From a virus (lineage: Duplodnaviria; Caudoviricetes): 64,000 nt of DNA. The position numbers and the translations under genes are program-made. Below the pieces are notes generated by a model, which saw only the letters and a program-made list of their open reading frames with translations, made no database searches and was not told where the DNA came from. Below are positions 19,149 through 30,461 of this stretch, in pieces; position 1 is the stretch's first letter, and the number at the start of each line of letters is the position of its first letter. The stretch lies in the IMG/VR virus record IMGVR_UViG_3300037851_000141, positions 224,001 to 288,000 of that record; one strand, given 5' to 3'.

Positions 19149-19919
19149 ATGGTTAAGCATTATCACCCTACTATCAGAGACGATAAGGTTTATTCTAACT
19201 GCCGTATATTCCATCCTGACGGTACTCTTATGTGCTGTGTTGGAAGAAAAAGAATAAACTGGTATCTCAAACGTGGCCTCGCTAAATCCTTGTCTGAAAA
19301 TGATATACAACTCCTGTTTGAACCTAAAGGTAAAGGTAAACACGACATTCCATATTATTTAGAGGAACGAGTTAATAGATGTGTTGTGTGTGGATGTAAT
19401 CAAGCATTAACTAAACACCATATAGTTCCACATCAATATCGTAAAGCCTTGCCAGAACAATATAAAGACCGAAACCATTTTGATATTCTATGCGTATGTA
19501 GTTCCTGTCATGCCGCTTACGAAAAAATAGCAGATAAACTAAATAATGAACTTTGTTATGGATTACGACAACATATAAAGAAAAAAGAAAATAAATCACG
19601 TAAAGCTGCCTCTGGTCTATGGGCGCTTAAAAATAAAGAAAATATACCATCAGAATACGTAGAACAAATCCTAGCCAATATCGCTCGTTATCTGAAGGTA
19701 GAATCAATTACACTTGAAGAAGCACTAAAATTAGATATTTCAGATAATAAAGAATCTCAAGACGTAGAACATATTGGTAAAAAAGCACTTGAACGCTATT
19801 TGCTTGATAATACTGCCGAAGACTTCATTATTATGTGGCGCGAACATTTCTTAACTAATATGCTACCCAAATATATGTCCGACGAATGGGTAAGTAATTA
19901 TAAGACGAATTTTAGTTGA
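19149..19919 (+). CDS. HNH-type nuclease-like protein resembling the C-terminal domain of EXD2
   Basis: YSNCRI..PDG.LMC, WYLKRGLA, NRCVVCG, LTKHHIVP..YRK, CSSCH..YE. Confidence 0.65.
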   Translation: MVKHYHPTIRDDKVYSNCRIFHPDGTLMCCVGRKRINWYLKRGLAKSLSENDIQLLFEPKGKGKHDIPYYLEERVNRCVVCGCNQALTKHHIVPHQYRKALPEQYKDRNHFDILCVCSSCHAAYEKIADKLNNELCYGLRQHIKKKENKSRKAASGLWALKNKENIPSEYVEQILANIARYLKVESITLEEALKLDISDNKESQDVEHIGKKALERYLLDNTAEDFIIMWREHFLTNMLPKYMSDEWVSNYKTNFS

Positions 19920-19967
19920 CATTCAGTTATTCTGTGCTAAACTCTTGTCCTCCGAAAAGGAAATCAT

Positions 19968-20540
19968 ATGTCCCATCCACTCCCATCCGAAACCATGACT
20001 CTTGCTCAATTTCAGAAGAATATGGAGCAAGTTATTGAAACTGTTGAGCGGGATAAACGTACATTCTTCATCCAAACTCCAGATAATCAAAACTTTGTCC
20101 TTCGTCCTCTTACTGCTCAAGAAAAAGAGGAATACAAGGGTGTAAAGTTTAATGATGATGGTACGGTGGATGTTGAACTTGATATTGATAATGAAACCTA
20201 TTCTGCGATTGATAAAGCTTGTAAAGAGCGTGGCGTTTCGTTCAATGATTACTGTGTTGCTGCTATAAAGGACTATGTAAATAAGGCAGATACTTTTGAT
20301 AAGATGTTTAAGAGTGCTGTAAAATATATGCTTGCCGAAGGAATCACAGCAGAAACTTTAGTTGATTTTGGCGAAGCATATAAGCAAGTATCAACTGAAC
20401 GGCCTTTGTTTGATGATGCTCGTTGGCACCTTATTCAAGAAGCATTTGATGAAGACCAAGCTGAAATTGACGCAAAGTATCATGAAGAAATGATGAATAA
20501 TAGCGAAGCTGCCAATTCGTCCGAAGACCTTCCATTCTGA
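19968..20540 (+). CDS. hypothetical protein (possible Phd-like N-terminus and RHH segment)
   Basis: TLAQFQKNMEQVIETVER...; ACKERGVSFNDY; promoter at 19916-19943. Confidence 0.5.
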   Translation: MSHPLPSETMTLAQFQKNMEQVIETVERDKRTFFIQTPDNQNFVLRPLTAQEKEEYKGVKFNDDGTVDVELDIDNETYSAIDKACKERGVSFNDYCVAAIKDYVNKADTFDKMFKSAVKYMLAEGITAETLVDFGEAYKQVSTERPLFDDARWHLIQEAFDEDQAEIDAKYHEEMMNNSEAANSSEDLPF

Positions 20541-20554
20541 AACAAAGGAATATC

Positions 20555-21142
20555 ATGTCTAAACCTCTACTTATTTCACTTATCATTGGCGTATTCTGTA
20601 TTATCCTTGGCTTAACACTTATCGGATATACAGTTAGTACCTTAAATAGTGAACAAAAACTCCGTAATCTTGTCGAGGCCAAACAGGTAGATAATACCAA
20701 CGAATTCGACAACATGAAAAAGAAGTTGAATCAAATCTGTCAACTTCCAGAGGCTCAAACCCAAATGCTGATGGATATTATTGTCGGCAATGCTCAAGCA
20801 AGGGCAAGTGGACAAGGCAAGGGTTCTTTGTTTGCTATGGTTCAAGAGTCAGTTCCAAACGTGAGTACTGACATCATCAACCGTCTTGCTAATGAAATCA
20901 CAGCAAGTCGTAATGCTTGGACCATTCGACAAAAGGAATTGATTGATCTTAACCGAGCGCATACTGATATTATTACTACAATTCCATCAAGCTTTATCTG
21001 CGGCATATTTGGGCGAAACTCCAGGATTGATATTACTGTGGTGACATCAGCCAATACCAAGCAATCATTCAAGACCGGCGAAGATAATGAAACTGATCTT
21101 GGTCTTCCTAAGCGACAAACCAAGCAGAAAATTGAGCAATGA
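20555..21142 (+). CDS. LemA-like membrane-anchored coiled-coil protein
   Basis: N-terminal TM helix, helical body, C-terminal IITTIPSSFICGIFG resembling the LemA tail. Confidence 0.45.
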   Translation: MSKPLLISLIIGVFCIILGLTLIGYTVSTLNSEQKLRNLVEAKQVDNTNEFDNMKKKLNQICQLPEAQTQMLMDIIVGNAQARASGQGKGSLFAMVQESVPNVSTDIINRLANEITASRNAWTIRQKELIDLNRAHTDIITTIPSSFICGIFGRNSRIDITVVTSANTKQSFKTGEDNETDLGLPKRQTKQKIEQ

Positions 21143-22374
21143 CAACTCTTATAATTTGGCTGCTTTCACCAATTCCTTTTCTCTTAGCTGGACTCTTATG
21201 GGTCTTCTCTAAAAAAATAAATTGGATAGAATCAGCCATTTTATCTGGTTTAGGCTTTGTTATTGCTGGGTTATTCTGTGTCATTGGTACATATGGGATG
21301 ACTCACGATACCGAGATATGGTCTGGCGAATGTATAAATGCTACCCATATTCCGGCTTGGCTTGAGTATTATGAAGAAGCAATTTATCGGACTGAACATT
21401 ACACCGAAACTGAACACTATACTGACTCCAATGGACATTCTCAAACTCGAACAGTACATGAAACTCGTCAGGTATTCAGCCATTGGGAGCCTCGCACTCG
21501 TCACCATTCTGATGAGTATATTTTTCACGATACGCTTGGCAATTCTAAAAATATCGACCCAAATAGATATAACGATGTGAAGTCCAAGTTTGGTGGAGTT
21601 GAGGGCAAGCGTAAAGGCGACCGAACAACCAGTGAACACAATAGTAGAATGATTAGTGGCGATCCAAATGACTATTACACCATCAATAAAACCAATCACG
21701 TTTACCCTGTTAGTGAAATGCGATCTTGGGAGAATAAAGTAAAAGCATCACCATCAGTATTTTCTTTCAAGGAAGTACCTAAAAATATTCCGGTTTACGA
21801 ATATCCTGTTACAAAAAATCATTTCACATCAAAGCGTATTATTGGTTCAGTTCCTATTGATATCTATAAGTGGGATCAATTGTGTGCTGAATTAGGTCCA
21901 ATGAAAAAGGTAAATCTTATTATTGCCTATTTCCCAAACCATGATGAATCAATAGCAGAATGGCAAAGAGCAAAGTGGATTGGTGGTAAAAAGAATGACC
22001 TTGTGATCTGCTATGGTGGAATTACCTCAGAAATGACCGAAACAACCAAAGTTGACAATTCTAAACCAGCCTGGGTCAAAGTATTCGGGTGGACTGAACA
22101 GGAAATCGTTAAGGTGAAATTGGAAGAATTATTGCTAAAATCAACAATCAATAATGATGTCCTACCTAAAATAAAAGAAATTGTTATGGTTGACTATAAG
22201 ATAAAGGATTGGAAAAAGTTTGATTATCTATCAGTGGAATTACCAGCATCAGTAATTATCTGGTATGTTATAGTCCAGATTGTTGTGTGTGGAGTTTGGT
22301 TCTGGTTTAGTTGGGTCAATGAACACGATAAATCAAAAGAAGAACAAGACTTGATTAAGATTTCTTCGAAGTAG
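21139..22374 (+). CDS. membrane protein (two N-terminal TM, one C-terminal TM)
   Basis: Hydrophobic segments at both ends; ATGA overlap with the previous gene. Confidence 0.65.
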   Translation: MTTLIIWLLSPIPFLLAGLLWVFSKKINWIESAILSGLGFVIAGLFCVIGTYGMTHDTEIWSGECINATHIPAWLEYYEEAIYRTEHYTETEHYTDSNGHSQTRTVHETRQVFSHWEPRTRHHSDEYIFHDTLGNSKNIDPNRYNDVKSKFGGVEGKRKGDRTTSEHNSRMISGDPNDYYTINKTNHVYPVSEMRSWENKVKASPSVFSFKEVPKNIPVYEYPVTKNHFTSKRIIGSVPIDIYKWDQLCAELGPMKKVNLIIAYFPNHDESIAEWQRAKWIGGKKNDLVICYGGITSEMTETTKVDNSKPAWVKVFGWTEQEIVKVKLEELLLKSTINNDVLPKIKEIVMVDYKIKDWKKFDYLSVELPASVIIWYVIVQIVVCGVWFWFSWVNEHDKSKEEQDLIKISSK

Positions 22375-22576
22375 CAGTAATTTTCTTTGTTTCTTCTTCA
22401 TCAGTCTTTACATAGTGCGCCAAATTCCATATTTCGGGGTTTTTAGCCTTTATCATAACTTCGTATAATTGATGTTTACCCATTCTAAAACCTATCCAGA
22501 ATCCAACGAAACCTCCTGTTATAAGGGCAACAATTGCTGTAATAATATATGATAGTGGAATTTCGATCATTGTCAA
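22355..22576 (-). CDS. small single-TM protein, probably late
   Basis: TM LSYIITAIVALITGGFVGFWIG; TATAAATA at 22594-22601. Confidence 0.6.
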   Translation of the reverse strand: MTMIEIPLSYIITAIVALITGGFVGFWIGFRMGKHQLYEVMIKAKNPEIWNLAHYVKTDEEETKKITATSKKS

Positions 22577-22624
22577 CTCCTGTTATTTGCTTGTATTTAT
22601 ATTATGTTGAGATAAAATAATAAA

Positions 22625-22834
22625 ATGAAACCAAATATCAAGGAATTCTGTCAAGAACGAACTTATTTTAGATGTGAAGAAAAAATATTCCATAACCTAG
22701 ATTCTCAACTCCACGAATATTTGTTTGACCAATTTGATTGGAATGGTGTAATCAATGGAATAATTGAGAATTTAGGATATTATATTGACCATAAAATAAA
22801 TAAACAATCGGTTCTAAATAGCTTAAAAGTATAA
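22625..22834 (+). CDS. small hypothetical protein with NKxNKxxxL-type C-terminus
   Basis: Ends HKINKQSVLNSLKV; its last codons overlap the TATAAATA box at 22830-22837. Confidence 0.55.
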   Translation: MKPNIKEFCQERTYFRCEEKIFHNLDSQLHEYLFDQFDWNGVINGIIENLGYYIDHKINKQSVLNSLKV

Positions 22835-22842
22835 ATAATGTC

Positions 22843-23550
22843 ATGTATAAAGAATATGATAAACAACTCAAGCTATTGACTGAAGCCTGGAATACAATTA
22901 GTGAACGACATTTGATTGAATCTGCTGTTGTATCTGGCGAATATTGGATTATAGATGGATCTGCGGTATATGCTGATGGTGATATTGGTGATATGAACCA
23001 TGAAGCATATGTAATTGATCATCTTAATAGAATTTTCCTGGATATTTTTGATATTAATAAAGATGAACCATTGCCGTTGTCAGAATATGAGAATCAGATT
23101 GGACAGTGGTTTATGGAAAATGGTATAATTCAACCAGGAACCGAATCAGAAGAATCTTACAATAATGACCCTGCTAATTTTATGCTTAACTATTTATTGG
23201 CAAATCATTTAGATAAGTTCAATAATGATAAACAGCAATTAACTGATGCGTTCTTTTTAGCCTATGGTTCTTCTGGAAGGCAGGATGCGCGAGATTACGG
23301 AATGAGGCATCTTGGTTGGATAAGAGTAGCAGGTAATAATATACAAACCTGGACATTAACATCAAAAGATATGGATAACATAAGTCGTGGAATCAATGAT
23401 GTTCTATCTCAAGAAAATAACGAGGATGAATCAGAAATCAATGAAATGACGTTCAATGTTGAATCTATGTCAAACAGAAAATTTTACGTAGATGTTCCAT
23501 TTGAAGTTATTGATTCTGGTGACGTTACAAGATTATTACAATATCGTTGA
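22843..23550 (+). CDS. acidic hypothetical protein, candidate internal virion protein
   Basis: TATAAATA at 22830-22837; leader YDKQLKLLTEAW...LIES. Confidence 0.6.
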   Translation: MYKEYDKQLKLLTEAWNTISERHLIESAVVSGEYWIIDGSAVYADGDIGDMNHEAYVIDHLNRIFLDIFDINKDEPLPLSEYENQIGQWFMENGIIQPGTESEESYNNDPANFMLNYLLANHLDKFNNDKQQLTDAFFLAYGSSGRQDARDYGMRHLGWIRVAGNNIQTWTLTSKDMDNISRGINDVLSQENNEDESEINEMTFNVESMSNRKFYVDVPFEVIDSGDVTRLLQYR

Positions 23551-23567
23551 TTATTCGATATCAGCAC

Positions 23568-23795
23568 TCAAGTAAATTGCCTATCATATTTTGTTTCTAT
23601 TTCAAGTATTTTGGCTATACAATCTGGATAACAAAATATCGCTTCACCAACAACTTTTTGATTCTCGTCAAGGTTATTACCGATTATACCCTTATTCAAT
23701 CCACGACAAACATTACCGTAAATTGTAATAAAGGTATCCAATTTAGCATCATGTAATCGACCACATCTTTCGCATTTTACAGCTTCAATCTTCAT
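23568..23795 (-). CDS. small Zn-binding hypothetical protein
   Basis: CERC...CYPDC. Confidence 0.55.
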   Translation of the reverse strand: MKIEAVKCERCGRLHDAKLDTFITIYGNVCRGLNKGIIGNNLDENQKVVGEAIFCYPDCIAKILEIETKYDRQFT

Positions 23796-24100
23796 AGCTT
23801 AATCCTTTCATGCTTAATTTCTTCGTACCAATATCCATCTGTTTCGTTATATGTAGGGATAATGGTTAACAGTTCAATTGCGTCACACCCAACAGGTACA
23901 AGCCCACTTTCTCGTAAAAACTTTATTTCTTCTTTAGCCTTACTCTTAGACTCAAAAATAATCATATTACGACAATCTTCAATTTTACTTGACTCAATCC
24001 ATTTATTTATAGATTTATTACCAATTAGATAATAAACGGAATTGTCAGAGCAAGCAAATATAGCGTATTGTTGCTTGATGGAGTTCTTAAGAAGGTTCAT
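23792..24100 (-). CDS. hypothetical protein
   Basis: 102-aa ORF. Confidence 0.55.
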   Translation of the reverse strand: MNLLKNSIKQQYAIFACSDNSVYYLIGNKSINKWIESSKIEDCRNMIIFESKSKAKEEIKFLRESGLVPVGCDAIELLTIIPTYNETDGYWYEEIKHERIKL

Positions 24101-24147
24101 ATTCTTCCTTTTGTGAGGTTCCTATTTTATCTGTTTATCGTCAATAG

Positions 24148-24792
24148 TCAAGATTTTTTCTTATATAATGAAAGATGATCATGAATCCCATACCACTGAT
24201 CTAACCTATATTCGTCAACCATTTCATATTGTTTACTTAAGGTATCATGAAATGCGTCGTCACCAGTACATCCACCATATCCTTCACCTATATAAACCAC
24301 TTTTTCTGGCATTAATGTATTTAAGTATTCGCCAGACCAAGAATCGGAGTAACTTGGCCAGCAGTAAAAATGACACTTGAAATCTTTAGCCAAACTAATT
24401 ATATCATTAGACAACTTAACTGGATAAAAATACTTAGCTTTGTTATTGAAATATAAACAATCATGAATCGGTTGAATATCGCATGCCGTTATTTTTCCGC
24501 CAAATTCACTAATTAACCAAGACCACAATCCAGTTCCAGCCCCAATTTCAAGGATTTCATCATTCTCAGCAAAATCAACAATTCGACGTACAGCCTCTCT
24601 GGAAGGAATTGCCCAGGAAAACTGCTTTACAAATTCTTCTCGCATATGGTATCGTATCGTGAAGTTATTAAGAAATTCATCACTTATACAATCAGACATA
24701 AAGTTATTTACATAAGGATATATCTTATTTTTCAAGAATCCGTAAAACTCATCAATATTGAGAAATTCTTTAGGGAAATGGAAGTGCGACAT
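24148..24792 (-). CDS. class I SAM-dependent methyltransferase
   Basis: ILEIGAGTGLW, ITACD, CWP, VYIGEG.GGCTG. Confidence 0.75.
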   Translation of the reverse strand: MSHFHFPKEFLNIDEFYGFLKNKIYPYVNNFMSDCISDEFLNNFTIRYHMREEFVKQFSWAIPSREAVRRIVDFAENDEILEIGAGTGLWSWLISEFGGKITACDIQPIHDCLYFNNKAKYFYPVKLSNDIISLAKDFKCHFYCWPSYSDSWSGEYLNTLMPEKVVYIGEGYGGCTGDDAFHDTLSKQYEMVDEYRLDQWYGIHDHLSLYKKKS

Positions 24793-24864
24793 GGATACCC
24801 TTTATCTTTAGGAAGCATATTATAGCAACCCGTAAAAAAGGTCAAGAAAATTATAAATACAAAC

Positions 24865-25851
24865 ATGACATTCAAACTATATTACGAATCTACTTCTAAT
24901 AATGAATCTAAGTTATTATCTGCCATAGACTTACTGAAAAAAGAATATGGTCAAGATAATCTATGGGCTGGAAACTGTGGAATGTTCTCGTATGCTTTGT
25001 TTATCTATTTCAATGAGGATCTTAATATTCCACTTAACTTAGGATTCATTTATAGGGGTGATGTTGAGAATTTAACGAATATAGATGAAGCAGATATTTA
25101 TCACGTTTGGGTAGAATTAGATAACTCAAAATACGATGCGAGTGGTAAAATCAATAACGATTATCTCATTAAATTTGCTGAAGAAGAATATGGTGAGCAA
25201 GATCCAGGTTCATTTACTAATATTGATATAACTGAAAAAGAAATCATAAGAAAAATAATATATAATGAAACAAACTGGAATACCGAATGGACTACTTTCT
25301 ACAACACGTTAAAAAAGGCACAGATAACCGAAATGAAAATAGATCCACGATTCGAGAACTTTGGTGATGAAGATGAAGAAGGTTCTCAAGAAATCAAAAA
25401 ATTCCTTGAACTACGTAGATTACAAAAGGGTGGCTGGAAGAAACTTGCTGAAGAACAATATAAAGACTTTAAACTTGAATTGTATAATAAGAAAAATATG
25501 TATGAAGTCTTTGTTACTGACTCAACTGATAGAATTGTTGGACAAACCGAAGCGCAGAAACGTCCACATAAAGGCGTCGAACAGTATCCGCAAGTCCACT
25601 TTACCTTTGTATATAAACCTTTTCATGGGCGTGGAATAGGTTATCAAATGCACCGACTCTTAATTGATACCGTTGGTGGAATTACAAGCGATTTTACTCT
25701 AACTGATGGTTCATATAAACTATTTAAGAAACTAATGAACGACTACAATGTTTCAATATATGATGAAAATGGAACTTTTATCCCATTTCAATCAGATGAC
25801 CACGCTTTAGAAAATAAGAATCGGATTTTCGTCGCAACTAAACCCAATTAG
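24865..25851 (+). CDS. two-domain protein with C-terminal GNAT acetyltransferase-like domain
   Basis: VYKPFHGRGIGYQM..LI...SD..LT..S.KLFKKL; TATAAATA at 24852-24859; leader MTFKLYYES. Confidence 0.55.
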   Translation: MTFKLYYESTSNNESKLLSAIDLLKKEYGQDNLWAGNCGMFSYALFIYFNEDLNIPLNLGFIYRGDVENLTNIDEADIYHVWVELDNSKYDASGKINNDYLIKFAEEEYGEQDPGSFTNIDITEKEIIRKIIYNETNWNTEWTTFYNTLKKAQITEMKIDPRFENFGDEDEEGSQEIKKFLELRRLQKGGWKKLAEEQYKDFKLELYNKKNMYEVFVTDSTDRIVGQTEAQKRPHKGVEQYPQVHFTFVYKPFHGRGIGYQMHRLLIDTVGGITSDFTLTDGSYKLFKKLMNDYNVSIYDENGTFIPFQSDDHALENKNRIFVATKPN

Positions 25852-26617
25852 GACCAGTCGCCTTCCAAGGTTTGATATCATACTCACCACGAATGTACTT
25901 AGTATGAATGTCAATAAGGAAGTTCTCTACCTTGTGATAATCCGGTGATTCTGGCAAAGTCGAAGCTTTATACGCATCATACATTTGCCTATCAACGGAT
26001 TCCAAGATAGCCAATGCTTCCTCCTTAGAATATTTACCAGCACGCATTTCTTTAGCGATTCTTAGATCCTCACCCTCAAGCGTTGGAATGATTTGACCAG
26101 TAGACATAGCAATAGTTGCCTGTCGTCCAAGTCTATAACTATGAACTGCGAATTTTAGATCATACCCATGCGCCGCCACCATTTCAGCCCGTTTACCAGT
26201 TCGTTCCATGCTCTGTAATTTTCTGACTTGGGCGCGATGATAAGCACTATATGGAGCAAACAGTTTCTTCGTAATTGAATTCTCACGAACAAACTTTGCT
26301 ACTTCCAAACCAAGTTCAGTGGTGTGGATATAGAATTCTGGACGAACAAACGCAAACTCAAGAACAGTAGGATTACATTTCATTACACCAAGATGTAAAT
26401 ACTGGCTAATAGAATGTAATACCCCCTCTTCTTTAGTAGGTCCATCAGGTCGTCCATTTGTATATTCTTGTTGTTCAAATCTTTCTAAACCAAGTAATTG
26501 TGGAATTGTTGATAAGCAGAATCCTTTAAAGTCATAATCGGATTCTTCAGTATCAAAACCATAAAGTCTGCTACCAACTCGAACAACATAAAGAGCAAGA
26601 GTTTCGTTGTTAGTCAT
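25838..26617 (-). CDS. predicted nucleotidyltransferase (pol-beta superfamily, NrdC.11/RlaP-like)
   Basis: VGSRLYGFDTEESDYDFKG, NPTVLE, YDLKFAVHSYRL. Confidence 0.85.
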   Translation of the reverse strand: MTNNETLALYVVRVGSRLYGFDTEESDYDFKGFCLSTIPQLLGLERFEQQEYTNGRPDGPTKEEGVLHSISQYLHLGVMKCNPTVLEFAFVRPEFYIHTTELGLEVAKFVRENSITKKLFAPYSAYHRAQVRKLQSMERTGKRAEMVAAHGYDLKFAVHSYRLGRQATIAMSTGQIIPTLEGEDLRIAKEMRAGKYSKEEALAILESVDRQMYDAYKASTLPESPDYHKVENFLIDIHTKYIRGEYDIKPWKATGPNWV

Positions 26618-28249
26618 TCTTTTTCCTTTTCTTTTAGTAATTCTAGCAGCTTTTCACCAATCTCTTTACCTGTGAGTGTTACGTCTGGTGAACCTTTGAT
26701 AAGTTGATCTGCTAGAGAGTATACCCTTGAAACCTTTTTAGTCAAGACTTTTATTTGACGAGACTGTTTAATCATCGCCTCGACAGAAAACGCCACTCGG
26801 TTTATCGGTTCGTATGCCATGACCTTATTATATGGCGAATTTTAGGAAGTCAAGCCTATTTTACTTCCTTAGTTGTCCATCCGCCCATTCCACGACAACC
26901 AGTATCAGTTTTATGCTCTCTTAACATTGGCGGAAGTAAAGAATATTCCATCTGGATCTGACTGTCTTTATTTACAACAATCGTGTCTATTTTTTGGCCA
27001 CATTCAGCACAATAACAATCTAAAGTCACGTTGTTATTGATTAGGAGCATGGTTAGTCCTTTTTTGGTTGACAGATTTCGTCGGCAACCTTAAATCCTAA
27101 GAATGTATAATGTCCTTTTTCATTCTTTTGGTCGCTCCATTTACCAGCTATACGTTTAAGTCCAGCCGCAGTTAGAACTCCATTTATCACACCAAGTAAT
27201 CCAACGGTAACATATGGTTCTAAATTGGCATTAACTACGATATGAGGGTGATCAAGTAGTCCTTTATTGGCTGGAACAACATTTAACAGCAAAGCATGAA
27301 AAGCGTGTGGATCAGCATTATAAGCCGAATTTAGACAATCCAGAATTGCTTCCATTTGTTGATTTAGAATAGTTGATTCCATGATGTTCCTTCTTTTGCG
27401 CAACTCATTTCAATGTCTTTAAGGGCTGAAAAGCATTCATCTATCATTAGGTTTTCACCATAACTATATAATGCTCGGCCTGCCCTACGACGCATGCGAT
27501 CAATAGTGTCACTTAACTCTTTATTTGTACGAGTTATGATTTCTTCAAGTATTTTTTCTTTAAACTCTTTACCGCATCCGTCAGTAGTCAATAGAGAATT
27601 TTTAAGTTCTTCCATTGATGCTTTGGATATGTCGTCTTTGATAGATAGCCACTTAGTTTGGTTACTCATGCGCGTATTTTATCCTGTCTTTAAGAATGTC
27701 AAGTCAAATCTATTTTTAGTTCTTTATGGTCGCAAAGTAGGCAAGTACGTTCAAGATATTCCTCAAAATTGATATTATGACGATGTTCAATCTTTATAAT
27801 AGTCCAATCAGTAAAATCATGTTCGCAGTTTAATCTAATATCTTGTATTTTTCTCCAGGCATCCAACTTAACTTTTTCTATATCTTTATCGCGTTGGATG
27901 AGTATATTATTGATTACTTGGCGTGGGTCGTTTTCCATGATTATTTCCTTTAGAATGTTATTGGGTTGTGGTGATATTCTTCTTCGATTTTTTCGTTTGT
28001 TTCTGGTGGGGTTTCTCTGGTTTCTTTTTTATTACAAGTATAGCACCATCGCTCATATCTTGTTACATATCCAACTATCATTTCCGAATGTACTTTTTTC
28101 CATTTATAGAACGAATCGTGTGGACATTGCGCTTGTATTTCTTCTAAATCTTTACGGTATTTCTTTTTTATTTCGGCACACTCATCTTGAATTTTCCGTT
28201 CTATTTCTTTTCTCTTTTGATATATTTGTTTAAGTTCTTCTACTGACAT
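26614..28249 (-). other. cluster of six short hypothetical genes (26614-26820, 26856-27050, 27053-about 27356, 27364-27669, 27699-27938, 27950-28249)
   Basis: Tightly packed minus-strand ORFs with RBSs and promoters at 26827-26853 and 27676-27702; several carry Cys/His Zn motifs. Confidence 0.55.
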
Positions 28250-28476
28250 TTTAGCCCCTTTAATACGTGGAGTTTGTTGACTTTATCTTGATTTTCTTCG
28301 CAATAACTCTTTTCAATATTGGTTCTGAGCGTCCTCTCATCCCAAACGGAATTTACTGGAAACATGCCGTATAGCACTTTTCCTTGTATTTCGCTTTTAA
28401 TAGTCCGCCAAATAGAGTGACTGATTAATGGGCGAATTTTATAGTAAACTGTGTGAACAATATCATTTGTCAACAT
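28240..28476 (-). CDS. small hypothetical protein with NKxNKxxxL-type C-terminus
   Basis: Ends NQDKVNKLHVLKGLKCQ. Confidence 0.55.
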   Translation of the reverse strand: MLTNDIVHTVYYKIRPLISHSIWRTIKSEIQGKVLYGMFPVNSVWDERTLRTNIEKSYCEENQDKVNKLHVLKGLKCQ

Positions 28477-28967
28477 AATTCTGCTCGTACTTCCATCAAT
28501 ATTTTACCAAGCAGATTAAGACCCCATTCTGAACGAGGTCCGACATTTTCAGCACTAAATCCGATACCCCAAATACGATCACGGGGGTTTGCTTCTACGA
28601 GTTCCAAATTTTCTGTCATTTTTAGGATTTCAAGCAATTTTGGATTTTGGCCAAACTTGAGCATATTGCCGGCTTTTACTATGTTATATCTATTTTCTTC
28701 CCATATTTTTTCATCAAATCCAGCAACTTGTCGTCCTAAGTCTTTACATATACGAGCATTAGTTGTATTACCTATTTTTTCAGCAGTTTCCATATCCTTG
28801 AATAATACGGCTTTCTGTAGCATCATCCATTGTTCACAGCAAACATATCCCCGCCCTAAATTAGAGAAACGACTTGGCCACCATTGAGAAAGTGGGCCTT
28901 TAAGGAATAAAACCGTATCATCCTTAATTGTTGATACTAATATTTTTTCAAGTTGTTCTTTATTCAT
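28470..28967 (-). CDS. NADAR-family (YbiA-like) ADP-ribose/N-glycosidic hydrolase
   Basis: PLSQW, EQWMMLQKAVLFKD, KDLGRQV, KFGQNPKL, LVEANPRDRIWGIG, GLNLLGKILMEVR. Confidence 0.92.
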   Translation of the reverse strand: MNKEQLEKILVSTIKDDTVLFLKGPLSQWWPSRFSNLGRGYVCCEQWMMLQKAVLFKDMETAEKIGNTTNARICKDLGRQVAGFDEKIWEENRYNIVKAGNMLKFGQNPKLLEILKMTENLELVEANPRDRIWGIGFSAENVGPRSEWGLNLLGKILMEVRAELC

Positions 28968-30458
28968 TTGATTTCCTTTTCACTATATTTCCGCAAGTGT
29001 GGGGGTATTTTGATATTTTCTTGGTTTTAGTATTATACATCCAAACTAAAGTTTCTTTTAGGAATGCATGAAATACTAAAAGCAGCTTTATATCTGGATT
29101 TGCTTGATAGTTTTCCACCGATAGCAATTTAAGATTAGTATTGCCAGTTGTTATCTTATTGAACTGTAAAACAACTTCATTTAAGAAATCATTTTGGGCT
29201 TTTTCAAGGAAGTTATTTGCCCATTTTTCTTGAGCATCAGTCATTCTATATGTACTAGAAGCTATCATCATCACCAACTCCTGATCCTTCTTCGAGTTCT
29301 TTATATCCAATTAGCTTAAACTTATCTGTCCATGTCGTATCGCAATCCAGACAATGAACATATAGCAATACAACGTCATCTTCAATATCATAATCTTCAT
29401 CAATTATATTTTTGGTATGACAGATTGGACATTGTTTACCTTCTCTTGCGACATATTGTTTAGACGTGAGTTTCTTTTTACGGACCATTTTGTGGTAATT
29501 TCCTTTGATGGGTTATTATACAAGATCAACCATTGGATTCAAGTGGATATTTTCGATCTAATAGTTTGAGTCTTGTTTTTAGTATATTCTCAAAAAAAGT
29601 AAAATGCTTGCCGGTTAAGTATTTGTCTGCTCTTTTGATATAGTCTGTAATAACGAGTTTTCCTATATATCTTCGAAATTTTAGTTCATGTGAGGTTTTA
29701 TAAAGTTTTAACGAAACATCATAAAATTGTTTAACCTGATTATATATGTAATTTTTATGATTCTTGGGTATCGAACCATCTTCCATCAAATCAACAAAAA
29801 CTTCACAAGCTTTAGTATTTCCGAATGTTCTCTTAATTCCGTCTTTTATTTCCATGTTTCACCAACTTAACCAAAAAATGTTTTCATCAACTGGAAATTC
29901 GGCATCAATCAAAGAGAGTATTTTGTTATATTGGTCATTTCCTTCGCACTCTTTGCTTAGTTGGATTCCAGTATCATTGTGATAATCGCCATCCATCGCA
30001 TCTAATATAACCCCAGCAACGTCTTCCAATTTGTGTTTAGCTTCAATATAATAACATACATCGTAAAAATTATAACAGCCTCGACTTTTCTTAGGTGGGT
30101 CGCATAATGGACAGAAAGCCCGATAATTCATTCTCTTTTTAGTGCCGCATACCTTACAGAATGATTTACCATTTCTCGTTTGTTCTTCATCCCATTCTTT
30201 TTCAGGATCTTGACCATATATAATCTGATTAGATGACCAAGAATAAGATAATCCGCGTCTAAAATATTCTTCCAGGGTATTACACTTTGTTCGACACATT
30301 GTATGGTAATCAATTTCTTCCAGATTCTTCAAAGCATCCAATAACATTTTTTCGTCACCAACATATTTAAGACGAGGATCTACCTTAGAAAAGTAATAAC
30401 CATCTTCAGTTTTTATTACTAATGGTTTATTATCTTTGGTTGTTGCTATTATTTCCAT
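28960..30458 (-). other. four hypothetical genes (28960-29310, 29255-29488 Zn-finger, 29526-29855, 29859-30458 Zn-finger)
   Basis: Contiguous minus-strand ORFs between pncA and NADAR. Confidence 0.55.
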
Positions 30459-30461
30459 AGG

